64,000 bases of DNA from Eledone cirrhosa (lineage: Eukaryota). The stretch's first letter is position 1, and every line of letters begins with the position of its first letter. Below, one piece after another: positions 48,315 to 60,475 of the stretch. The notes under the pieces were generated by a model that saw nothing but the letters and a program-made list of their open reading frames with translations, ran no database searches and was not told where the DNA came from. The stretch lies in contig OZ024743.1 of NCBI GenBank assembly GCA_964016885.1, positions 356,624,001-356,688,000 of the forward strand, read 5' to 3'. A program made the position numbers and the translations under genes.

Positions 48315-48391
48315 TACCCACTCTACTACTCTAAGTGTTTAGTACTCTGGTGCGTTTTGGTCCATCTGGTTCCTTACCACACCTCCTTCGT

Positions 48392-48423
<32 letters not shown>

Positions 48424-48453
48424 CCCCATTTGCAACTCCGCAGCGCCCTTATT

Positions 48454-48496
<43 letters not shown>

Positions 48497-48984
48497 CGTG
48501 TATATATATAACGTGTATATTATATTCATGCATGGCTTGAAATAAATGAATGCATACACTGTTAATGCGAGGGTGTTTTGGTTTTGTTGCTAAGTTCGAA
48601 AAACGAGTGGAATGGACTGTTGGGGTATTTAACATGGGAGTCATAGTATCTGTCAGTCAGTACGTTTGTCTCTCTCTATAATTCTTACCCGTCTTTTTTA
48701 CTTCTTACAACACAGTTACATACACACTGGCCCCCCACCGTCGCCTCTACAGAATGTTTACTGTGTAAAAAGCTGCGTGAATTAACGTGTCCAGAGTATT
48801 ATATACATATGCCCCGTTTATATATACACTGCATCTACACACAGCCGTTCCATAGTTACTTATTATTTCATATCACCAAACCCTTCCTGATGATGCTGCC
48901 ATGCTGACTGACTGATGGTGGTACTTTGCCATTCCAATGTTGTTTAGTTCCAACTCAACTCCGATCGAGCAGCAAAACTAAATA

Positions 48985-49170
48985 AATGTTTCTACTTTTG
49001 GCACAAGGCCATCAATTATCCCAGTGCATTACTGGTACTTTATTTTATCGACCTCGTAAGGATGAAAGGCAAAGTCAACCTCGGCGGGATTTGAACTCAG
49101 ATCGTAAAGGGACGTAACTATGCTGGAAAGCATGGTGTCTGACCCTCTACCGATACTGCCAATCCACCGT
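48985..49170 (-). mobile_element. SINE family B, full length
   Basis: Reverse complement of 55021-55208. Confidence 0.85.
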
Positions 49171-49234
49171 AAATATAGCCTTCTAGTCATGGCTATCCCG
49201 TCTTTTCTTTTCTTTTTTTTCCAGTCATAGTAAA

Positions 49235-49406
49235 TAATTGTTTCTACTTTTGGCACAAGGCCAGCATTACTGGTACTTTATTTTAGCGACTCCGTCAGGA
49301 TGAAAGGTAAAGCTAACATCGGTGTGATTTGAACTCAGAACGTGAAGGGTCGTAACTCTATGCTGCAAAGCATGATGTCTGACGCTCTACCGATACTGCC
49401 AATCCA
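49235..49406 (-). mobile_element. SINE family B, tandem second copy
   Basis: Same sequence as the preceding copy. Confidence 0.85.
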
Positions 49407-49439
49407 TATCAATTAATTACAATTAATTATCTAATGAGT

Positions 49440-49895
49440 CCCTTCCTTTTTTCAGGCGGTATGGTTTGATTTGAGACAAATTTGGTTGCTATTTCTAGGC
49501 GCTCTTTTGGCCATGTCAAGGACCTTTCGTTGACTCGATATTGTTGTTATTATTTTGCCTTAAGTCATCCCTGATATATCAGTCAGTATAATTAATTATA
49601 CAATTAGTTCTTCCTATTTTAAGACGGTATTGTTTGATTTGAGACAAATTTGGTTACTTCTAATCGTTCAATTGGCCATGTCGAAGCCCTTTCGTTGGCC
49701 CAATATTGTTGTTTTGCCCCAGGCCATCCCTGATCAAATAATCCTCTGATCAAAAGCATTTACAGCTGTGACCATTATGTATTTTGCCTACGTGCATGAA
49801 ATGAATGTGGTGGTATTTTCTAAATCAGTGAGGTGCAATCTGAGCGAGATTTGGCTGCTATTTCTAGCAGGTTGAGCGACCATTACATAGACTCT
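49440..49895. repeat. Three diverged copies of a dispersed repeat module
   Basis: tttgagacaaatttggttgctatttctag-like motif at about 49470, 49638 and 49840. Confidence 0.6.
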
Positions 49896-49959
49896 GTCTT
49901 ATCGGTGTTTTTGTTATTGGAAGGTGGTATGTTGTTTGTGGTGGTTATATCGTTGTTCT

Positions 49960-50696
49960 CAACACAACCTACACCTTTTTTCTTTTCTTTCCCTGTCTCT
50001 CTCTCACACATACACACACTCACAAATAAATGCAGAAATTTGTATAAACACGCGCACCTTCTCTTTCTCCCTCTCTCTTTCATTAAATACATACGGTTTC
50101 TTTCCTACACATAATACACTCTCTTTTCTCTCTAACAAACATTCTCGATTTAATTCATCACCCTTACGGCTATTTTTGTTATCAGTTTCTCTATCTCTCT
50201 CACTCATACACTCACACACAGTGTAAACCACTTCATTCCACTGCTGTCCATATTCTTGTCAACTCCTTCAGTCTCCAGCAATATGTCGTTCCCTGTCTCA
50301 CTCACTTATCCAGCCACTCCAGCTATTTATTCTAAAGCCCTTGCTAGCTCTCTCTTTCACTTGTTTACTTCTATGACTATCGATATCTTGTCACTCAAAG
50401 CTCTGTCACTCATTCAATCTGTCTGTTTGTCTTATCAGCCTGTCTCTGCCACTATAGCTGCTGTTTCCTTCGTTCGTCTCTCAAATAATCTGTCACAATA
50501 TCTTTCCGTCTTTCTCTTAACTTTTCACTATCAATCTAATCTGCCTGTGTCTCTATTTATTACATGTCAATCTCGCTCTGTCTCTATGTCTGCCTATCTG
50601 TTCTTCTATCTATCTATTCATTTACTATCTACTAATCAATCGCTCCGTTTTTCTATCTATCTATCAATCAATCTATTCATTTTCTATCTATCTATC

Positions 50697-50727
<31 letters not shown>

Positions 50728-51562
50728 CTATCTATAGGATGTGTGCAACCCCCATCACGTCCCCTCCCTTTTGAGGTTGTTTTTGATTATTTTCATTTTA
50801 TACCCTTTTTACTCGGTTTTATGTAAACTCCCCCTTTGTATTTGTCCCTCTTTTTATACCTTTATGGTAAATAAAGAAATCTATCTATCTATCTATTTAT
50901 CCGTTTACCTTTCTATAATATAACTAGCTATTTATCCGCTCATCCATATTTTTCTGTCTGTATATCTATTTCTCTATCTATCCATCTTGTTTTTATCTAT
51001 TCGTTTTTACCCTATCTATCTATATATCTTTCTATATAATAAAGAAACATATCCATCTATCTTTCTATATATTTGTCTATCTGTCTATATTCGTGTTTCT
51101 ATCGATTTCTCTATCCACCGTTTATCTGTCTATTCAGCTATATTTCTATCTAGCCACTGTTTATTCGTCTATCTATCCATTTATTCGTTTATCCATCATC
51201 CTATTTTATATTATACCATTCCTTTGCCTTTCTGTTTCTCTATCAATGTTGCTTCCTTTTTTCAATCTTACCATCTCTACATCAACAGGGCTATAAGAAA
51301 ATTCCCATCAACTGTTGTCTGTCCATCTCTTGTCAGTCATCTTCTGATGCTGTCTTCCTTTAATTCTCTCTCTCTTATATTTCTTTCCTCTTGTCACCTC
51401 TTCTCTCGTTCCTTCCTTCTTGACACCAACTAAAGTCGTTCTTGTCAGTCAATGTTATATCATTCTCTGCTGTCCTATGACGCTCTATTTCTACCCTCCT
51501 CTCTCTCACACACTCTCTCCATCAACTACTGTCCATCTCTTGTCAGTCACTGTAGTTGTTGC

Positions 51563-51599
<37 letters not shown>

Positions 51600-51749
51600 A
51601 TCTCTCTCTATATATATATCTGCTCTCTGTCCACTTTTCAATCTGCTGTTTTTCGATGTTCCCTTTGCGTCTTAATCTATCTACCTTTCCACTCCCTGTG
51701 TCCTAACCTCCCCCTCTATCCCTTCTCTCACTCGTTGTATAGCTTCTTG

Positions 51750-51798
<49 letters not shown>

Positions 51799-52084
51799 CT
51801 GCTTGCCTATCTATTCTTGTTTGTAGTATGTATTTCATAAACACACACTCATCCACTGTTAATCGCTTGCTATCAGTCATTTCTGACAGGTACTTTTTGC
51901 GCCCTCTCTCTCTCTCTATTTCACACATACATACTCTCTCTATCTCACACACACGCTCGCTTTCTCTCTCTCTCTCTCTCCTACTCATTTTCATTTACTC
52001 TTTTTTGTCTATTTCCCTTAACTCTCCGATCTTACTCTTTTATATTACGCTACGAATCATTATTTCCCAAAAAGATTATATATG

Positions 52085-52154
<70 letters not shown>

Positions 52155-53194
52155 TACATGTTTCCATATATATACATGCAATAGTGTCTCGTTTTCGCGT
52201 TCACTTACTTTTCCACACACATACACACTTTCATCTACCACTCTTGTATCTATCTTATTCACACATTCTCTCTCGTTTTCTCTTACGTTACTATCAACCT
52301 CTGTAGTATTCGCATTAGACTCTCTCTAACCCCTCTCTATTTCTAACATATAAACATATAACTAACTATACATTTCCTGTCATTCTCCCTTCTTCCCTTT
52401 CTTTATCTTTCTTTAATCTGCATGTCAACTCTATTCTGTCTCCTATCAATCTCCTTGTTGCTCAACGTATCTCACATGTTCACCCTCTTTCCCTGTCACC
52501 AACTCTTATCATTTTACTATATGTCCACATTCCTTTCCTCCTACTCTCCCTCTCTTTCTATATATAGTTTGTCTCTCTTAATCCGTCTACATCAACGTTT
52601 GTTCGTCTCGTGTCAATCTTTTCCTATCTCTTTCCACTTTCTTACTATCCAGCCACCCTTCGTATGTATGTGTATATAAATATATGTGTATGTGCATGTG
52701 CATGCATATATGTGTATGTGCACGTGTTTATTTGTGTGTGTTCGCCATCCCTTGTAACAATCACTCTAATATATACAGTCACTCCAATTTAACGGTTGTC
52801 CATCATCTTCCATGACAACCTTCACTCACTCGTTCACTCACATAGTCACTCGCTCACTGCTTTTCTTTCTCTCAACTGCTGGTCGTCTGCTGTCAGTCAT
52901 GTTTTGTCACAGTTACTTTCTGCTTCTTCTCTCCTACTCACACACTTTATAACGTCTTTCTCAGTCCTTCTCGCTCTCACTCATCTTACTTCGCTCATTC
53001 ATTTTTTTTTTTTTCTTTCAGTGTGCTGATCGCCTGATGTCAGTCATCTCCTGTCATTGTTACTCTCCATTTCTCTCTCAATCTCTTTCTCCCTCACTCA
53101 CATATCTGACTTCAGTCACTCACACACTTAGTCTTTATCTCTATCTCAACTGCTGATCGTCTGTTGTCAGTCATCTTATGTCACGGTTAATGTT

Positions 53195-53242
<48 letters not shown>

Positions 53243-53400
53243 ACTCTCCTGCTCTCACATACCTGACTTATTCACTCCCTCGTTCATCCACAATGTCTTT
53301 CTTTATCTCAGCTGCTGATCGTCTTCTGTCAGTCATATCCTGTCAGTTACTTTTCCCATTCACCTTTCTCCTTCTTTCTCTCGCTTGCTTCTCTCTGACC
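49960..53400. repeat. Pyrimidine-rich degenerate TC/TATC low-complexity tract with a dispersed ctgctgatcgtctgttgtcagtcat motif
   Basis: Strong C+T bias on plus; motif near 51855, 52875, 53025, 53150 and 53312. Confidence 0.7.
50737..50880 (+). mobile_element. 3'-UTR fragment of the same Tx1-like family, inside (TATC)n
   Basis: Aligns with the reverse complement of 1524-1710 (gtgtgc.acccc; ttatgtaaactcccc..ttgta.ttgtccc; aaataaa.gaaa). Confidence 0.75.
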
Positions 53401-53416
53401 AATTGTGTATATAAAG

Positions 53417-53590
53417 AGGGAAGAGTGGCGTGGCTGTGTAGGATATTCGACTCACAAACGTATGGTCGTGAGTTCGATTCCCGACTGCGCGTTGTGTCCT
53501 TGAGCTAGAAATTTTATTTCGCGTTGTTCTTGTCCACTCAACTGGTAAAGATAGGTTTTGTCACACTGAATCTCCCTGAGAACTACGTTG
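53417..53590 (+). mobile_element. Diverged tRNA-derived SINE
   Basis: B box gagttcgattcc; gttgtgtccttgagc; ttttatttc. Confidence 0.65.
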
Positions 53591-54149
53591 TCGGAATCGA
53601 CGGAGATCTAAGAGTATTATTGCGATCCGTGTGTGGATCTACCAGATTCTAGACTCGCAGGTTCCTCGGACACGTCTATTGATTTCGGAGCATATCCTCT
53701 TTCTGGGGTTTTCTAGCCCTACATGCCTATATTCACCTTCATCCGCTTTGCGCGTCCTTGGGTTGGTCACTCACACACGCACACACACACACAGATAGAC
53801 AGATACATACAGAGTAGCTTGTGTGCTTACGTTCACACACAGAAATAGTCACACAAATATACGAATACATGCACACAGAGAGGCACACACACACACACGC
53901 ACGCGCGTGTATATGAGACGCATATACACAGACACGTACACGCACCCGTATATATACATGCACACACACACACGTACGCATCCGTACATATACATACACA
54001 TACATGCACATCTGCACATATATATGCATACATACACACATACACATACATATGTATATACACACGCACACATACGCCTACACATGTATACATACATATA
54101 TATATATATACACACACACACACTCACACATACCCTTATATATATATAG

Positions 54150-54486
54150 TGAAGGCACATGGCTTAGTGGTTAGAGCATTGGGCTCGCAATCGAAAGGTT
54201 GTGAGTTCAATTCTCAGACCGGGTGATGTGTTGTTTCCTTGAGCAAGGCACTTTATTTCACATTGCTCCAGTTTACTCAGCTGTAGAAATGAGATGATAG
54301 GGACTGGGGTCCCTATCATTCCACTGCAAAGTGGTCGTGGAGGTGCCACGGCAAAGAAGCACCCAGCACTCACTGTAAATGAGGTTGGTGTTAGGAAGGG
54401 CATCCAGCTGTAGAAATCAAGCCAGAATCAGTTCCCATCCCACCCTTGTAAGCAGGGAAAAGCAGACGTAAAATGATGATGATGAT
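54150..54486 (+). mobile_element. SINE family C, full length, C1 tail
   Basis: Complete head, body and (GAT)n tail. Confidence 0.9.
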
Positions 54487-54585
54487 ATATATATATATAT
54501 ATATATATTTCGTTTCTGAATTTGTTTACCAAGATTGTTTATCTGAAAACGTGTGTTGAAACCGATATTGACCCTCCCAAAGTAT

Positions 54586-54650
<65 letters not shown>

Positions 54651-54673
54651 CATAATAAACAATATAATATCAT

Positions 54674-54746
54674 TATTCCATTAGCAAGGTTTCAAGAAAC
54701 TAAACGATTCATGCAGAAACGTCCGGCCCGTTCATCAGATGAAATA
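54674..54746 (-). ncRNA. Degenerate hammerhead motif
   Basis: tatttcat-CTGATGA-...-GAAAC-cttgc-TA-atggaata; stem I pairs, stems II and III are poor. Confidence 0.4.
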
Positions 54747-55020
54747 GTTATGTTTCTATATATATTATATTGTTTATTGTGTAATTAAATAGCTCTGTAC
54801 TATACATAGAGCACTCTTCTTTTCTTTACCTTTTTTACGGAAATACTTTATACACACACACATATATATATGTGTGTGTGTGTATATATAGAGAGAGAGA
54901 GGGGGGGGAGACTAGTCTTTCATCGGGGGATATAAACAAAGGCAAGAGATGATATTTGGGAGAGAGAAAAATAGAAAAGACAGGTGGCATGTTTTCAACA
55001 TTTATTATATTCTTATTGGG

Positions 55021-55208
55021 GGGTGGATTGGCAGTATCGGTAGAGGGTCGGACGCCATGCTTTCCAGCATAGAGTTACGTCCCTTTACGGACTGAGTTCA
55101 AATTCCGCCGAGGTTAACTTTACCTTTCATCCTTACGAGGTCTATAAAATAAAGTACCAGTAATGCACTGGGTTATTGTTGGCCTTGTGCCAAAAGTAGA
55201 AACAATTA
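55021..55208 (+). mobile_element. SINE family B, full length
   Basis: A box tggcagtatcgg, B box gagttcaaattcc, body cctttcatccttacgaggtc.ataaaataaagtaccag. Confidence 0.85.
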
Positions 55209-56030
55209 TATTCTTATTTTGTCGTCTCAAGAAGCCTTTGCCCGTTTGGCATGCTTTGTATAATTAATTGAGCAACAGACATTAAGAAATGCACATCACA
55301 AGTTATGTTATATATTGAAATATAAAATATGAAAAATTAGCATCTAAGGACCCATATTATCTATGTAACAGTACACTCGACGTAGAGTGCTTACATTTGG
55401 ATTGATTGATTGTGACGCAAACGCCACACTTGCGTAATTCATCTGGAATTTACGCAAATCTAAAACCCAACATACCCTTCAATGGTCTATCATCAATAAA
55501 GCAAAACCTTAGAAGGATGACAAAATTGAATGTAACTTTTGAAATTACTATGTGAAAGATCAATAGGGAAAATATAGTTATTATATCTTTAATACGATCT
55601 ATGGCTCAATAGAGACCAAATCCTTTTTTCGACAGTGGGTAATTAACTCCGGTCTTGATTATATTTCTATTTTTCTTCTGTTTCTACTCTTTCAGTAGAG
55701 GTATTTTCTATTCTAGCCTTTAACAGTGAATATATTTCACGCTCAGATCTGCCCAATTTCCCCTCATTTCATTTTCTAATATTCTGATGGTTTATAGTTT
55801 ATATTATATCACTGAAATTTTCTTTGCTTCTTGCATTTAAATATACCACGACTTTCTATCACTTTTCCTCTACTATAATCTTCTTACACCACCTTCTTCT
55901 TCTCACCCGTCTATTTTCACTCCCACCCTAGTACCTTCAACATGCCCAGTCTCAAATCTTTTCTCTAAAGACATTTTTTTCCAATTCCACCCCGCGCCCG
56001 TCCCTTCAATCTATCTTATTTCTCATTCTT

Positions 56031-56066
56031 TCTTCTGATGAAGGACTAGCGTCTGAAACGTTAAGA
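56031..56066 (+). ncRNA. Minimal type-I hammerhead ribozyme motif
   Basis: tctt-CTGATGA-a-ggac tagc gtct-GAAAC-GTT-aaga; palindromic AACGTT stem III. Confidence 0.72.
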
Positions 56067-56158
56067 CCCTCTTCCTGCTATTTCAAGCGTTAACCTAATA
56101 TATTCCTTCCATATACTGTACCGATCGTGTTGTTATTTCTGTTTACCTTTTACATGTG

Positions 56159-56206
<48 letters not shown>

Positions 56207-56552
56207 GCAAAAGGTAAACAGAAATAACAACACGATCGGTACAGTATATATATATATATATATACGCATATGTACGTGTGTATGTTGGTTTATGTTTATG
56301 TAAATCTATAATATATATATATATTTATTATTTAAATCTTCATCTATCACTTTAACCTATCTTAGTCTATTTTATATCTATTGAAAGCTAATTTTATAAT
56401 TTTTATGACTATTATTCTTTGCTCATTGTAAATTGATTCTTCGACACAAACTTGCTTAAATAGTTTTAATACCTCGTCTGTACTCTTTCAATATAGATTG
56501 TATTTCCCCTCCCTACTTAAAACTTTTACATAGCTAATTACTAAGCTTTAAT

Positions 56553-56762
56553 AATTGTTTCTACTTTAGGCACAAGGCCAGCAATTGCCCAGTTTATATA
56601 GGCATAAGACCAGCAATTTGGGAGGAGAGGAAGTCGATTAAATCGACCCCGTTAGGATGAAAAGCAAAGTTAACCTTGGCGGGATTTGAACTCAACATAG
56701 GGCCGTAACCCTATGCTGCAAAGCATGGTGTCCGACTCTACCGATACTGCCAATCCACCGCT
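56553..56762 (-). mobile_element. SINE family B
   Basis: Matches the family head and body. Confidence 0.82.
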
Positions 56763-57414
56763 CTATTAACCTTTAATAATAAGTTTCTATATCTATTAGT
56801 ATTGCAAATTTGGCTTCGCTTTTACCCCTCCTACTCTTTCTCTCCCTCCCACAAACTTACCTTTAATGTTCTCTTTCGGTTCTGTACTCCTTTTCTTATC
56901 TCTACACTAACCTTCACTTTCTCTTTCTTTGCTCTTCTAACCTCTCTCTCCCTCTCTTAATAACGTAAAAATTCGCCATTATTTTTACCTTGAAATTTAG
57001 CGTTCCCTGTTTTATCGGCTTAATTTGACCTAGTCAGTTATGTCCCTTTTCGCCGAAGTTTATGGGGTCAATAAAATAAAGTACCAGTAGATTTAATTGA
57101 CTTTCTTTTCCCCCAAAAATGGTTGGCCTTGTGCTTTAATCAGAAACCGTTAAGATATTGTGATGTCCAAGAGTCTTACTTCTCTTGAAATTTGTGTATT
57201 TTTAAATGTCTGGAGATATAAATGGAAGATAGAAAATAAGTTAAGATAGGTTTGGGATTTTAAGCTAGGATGCAAGTATGTGGAATTACTTCTATATACT
57301 AGAACGCTGCTTAACTGAAAATCTTCCATTAGCCATTATACTTCGTGTTTCTTTTGCTGAAACGCGCGTAAGATGAATTAAAATGCTTTAAATTCTTTCT
57401 GGGCTCATGAATAT

Positions 57415-57627
57415 AGTATTGTCAGTACCGGTAGAGCGCCGGGCAACATGCTTCGCGGCATAGAGTTACGTCTCTTTACGTTCTGAGTTCAAATCCTGCC
57501 GAGGTTAACTTTGCCTTTCATCCTTACGGGGTCGATAAAATAAAGTACCAGTGACGCATTAGAGTCGATTTAATCGACTTCCCCCGCCCCAAAAATTGCT
57601 GGCATTATGCCTAAATCAGAAACCATT
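57415..57627 (+). mobile_element. SINE family B (further partial copy at about 57030-57150)
   Basis: gagttcaaatcc..gcctttcatccttacggggtcgataaaataaagtaccag. Confidence 0.82.
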
Positions 57628-58044
57628 ATTATATATATATGAGTTTATAAATATAATCATGTATACACACACATGAAGATTTTTATTCTTTCCTTTTAAA
57701 CGTTATGCTAATATACTCTTATTTTAATGTGCTGTTCTCTGGTGTCGTTACATTGATTTTTATTGTATTATATGAATGTGTGTATATATATATGTGTGTG
57801 CACATATATATATATGTGTGTGTGTGTGTCTGTGTGTCTGTGTACACACAAACATTCACAATACTATATCACTACACTACTTACTACATATTTACATCCA
57901 TTTATATGTGTCTAAACACAGCACCAGTAGCATTCATCTCTCTCTCTCTCTCTTCTCCATTACTATCTGTCTATCAATCAACCAACCAATCACTCAATCC
58001 CGCAGTCTGTCTGTCTACCCATAAGGCTTCCTATATGTAAAAAC

Positions 58045-58210
58045 AACATGGCCGAGCGTTTTAGGAGTTCGCTACGCAAAAAATTACAAAGACGCGGTTC
58101 AATCTAACTATCTGGCTTGTTGGATAAGTGTCTTTTACTCTAGCCACAGGTTGAGCTTAGCCTTACATGAGTGGGATTTGGTAGACGGAAACTCCATAGA
58201 AGACCGTCAT
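58045..58210 (+). mobile_element. Highly diverged tRNA-like SINE
   Basis: tggccgagcg A-box-like, ggttcaatc B-box-like, ggataagtgtcttttactctagcc body. Confidence 0.45.
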
Positions 58211-58299
58211 ATTGACAGTTCTTGTAATTGAAAGGTGTATTGTGTTATGTTGATTCTGCCAGAGGTCAGTCTTGTGCACCATCTGCCTGGCATGTTTTC

Positions 58300-58960
58300 G
58301 CTCTGCCTCCCAACCCTATAATAGTGCCTGGATTAACGCCGTCCCCTCACTATCAACCGGTACTCAGCTGAATAGCGACTGTTAGCGTATCAGTTTTTCC
58401 CTGAGACTCGTACTCCGGATCTGCGAGCCACATAAATGCCGCCGTGGATCCTCGATGGATGCTTTCAGTTTACACCCACTGTCATGGTGGTACAATGCTT
58501 GTCGCCTCCCATGCCATGCTGCTCTCAACGAGATCATTAAGCTTAGCTTAGACGCTGTAGGTTTCCCTTTCACAGCTAGAATCGAAGAGGTTGGACCGAT
58601 GAAATGGCAGATTGCTAGATGGCATCAAGATCTTCCTGTGGTAAGCACCTCATCTGAGACACAACATGCAGTGATACTTTCTCCAGCGATCACTGGTGCG
58701 TTTGGAAACAGACTCATGCTTCGTTGCCCGACAATCCGAAAATGGTAAGCTGTCGAAGTATCAGCCGCTCTCCAATAGGTTTGTCGTCGAATCTTTAGCG
58801 GTGGATACTGCCGGCGTTCTTGATCTCCGGAAGGCCTCCCTACTATCGAGGTGGAACTGATCCCGCGTGTTAGAATGGTTATTTCAATGCGTCTCCCTCG
58901 CCATCTTCTAGGGCAACGCCTTTTCCATTCTGTCCACTGTGACCACCAGAGCGCTGCCCC
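58300..58960 (-). pseudogene. Degraded Gypsy-type integrase remnant
   Basis: GC-rich island; frameshifted minus-strand motifs STAYHFRIVGQ (compare TAYHPQxNG), MLCLR..EDLDA and QPLRF. Confidence 0.4.
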
Positions 58961-59814
58961 ACAACTGGGGTAGCGGTGTTTGAATGCTCATTATTCATTT
59001 ATTTATATTTTAACTCTGTCTCAGCATAAGTGTCAGTAAAATGAAAAATATATTACATCAGATCAAAAAAAAAAGTGCTTAACTTCTAAAAAGACTAAAT
59101 ATTCATCGGATATTATTAGTCTTTCGTCTCTCACTACACCATTATCCCTCTTGTTCTCCTTACTAATCTTTCACTATTCCCATATCACCACCTTTCTATG
59201 CTTTTACATGCAAACCCTGCCATACCCTATTCACCTATCAGTCTGTCAAAATCATGTTACTCTCACGCTGACCAGCTCTCTTTTGTTTTGTTTCATGCTA
59301 CAGTTCTTCATCTTTTACTCCCACTCCACTATCTATCTATATATCTATATATCTATCTGTATATCTAAACATCCCATACATCCACTTCTATATCTTTCAT
59401 TCTGTCTATCCCTCATCACCTTCATTCTGTCATCATCTCTAATCTCTCTTATACTTGTAACGTCTCTCATGGAGTTCCTGTGTATCTCTTTTAATGTCAG
59501 TCTGGATGTTTCTCTCTCTCTCTCTCTCACTCTCTCTCTCTCTCTGCGTTTCTCTTTACGCCTGTCTGTATATATGTCTATCTTTCTGTCTCTAGGCTCC
59601 ACACCACCTACACAAACACACTCTACATCAATCATTTTGGGCTATATCCTGTCAGTCTTTCACTGTCACTATATCTAATCGTCTCGCATTCTCCAACTCC
59701 ACAGTTGCCTACTTCTCGCCATTTTTATCCCCCACTCTATCTATCTTAAACGACCAATTCTCTTTACTATGTACCCGACTATTTTCCCACCCTCACTTTT
59801 CTCATTTCATCTAG

Positions 59815-59849
<35 letters not shown>

Positions 59850-59879
59850 GGGTTCAATCGGGGGTAACCACAATAAGTA

Positions 59880-60155
59880 GGGTACTCAATACATAGCAGA
59901 GTTTAGATATTTAATATAGAAATGGCTTCTACAGGGCTAGAACTGTTTCATTCGGAGGAAAATAAATTCATTTTATTAAGGCCACATAGTGAGTCTTGTT
60001 ACTCTAGAGTTTCGCCTGTTTATCACAGTGTCATCAGACAAGATGATGACCCCCGTGATAGACAGGGGAAACTCCAGAGTAACAAGACTCACTATTTAAC
60101 CTTAATAAAATGAATATTAAAACTCTATTTCGGCGTTGAGTACTCTTTTCTCTCA
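59880..60155. mobile_element. Fold-back element with head-to-head hammerhead arms
   Basis: Arms at about 59966-60040 and 60042-60115; flanking gagtact/ctcta terminal motifs. Confidence 0.75.
59995..60042 (-). ncRNA. Type-I hammerhead ribozyme motif
   Basis: cttgt-CTGATGA-cactg tgataaa caggc-GAAAC-TCTAGA-GTA-acaag. Confidence 0.7.
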
Positions 60156-60156
60156 T

Positions 60157-60206
<50 letters not shown>

Positions 60207-60426
60207 CGCACATATCTCGTTCTTTCTATAATATATCAATCAGTCTTACTTTGTCACTAACCATTACACATCTCTTTGGTTTCTCTCTCATCACTTTCTC
60301 TGTGTATATATAACCTCAATGCAGCCATCGGTCTGTCAGTAATACCCCCCCCCCTTACTAGAGTGGGTGTGTTCCTTTTTGTTTTGTTTTGCAAGATTCT
60401 TGATGTGATGTATATGTGTGTATGTG

Positions 60427-60475
<49 letters not shown>

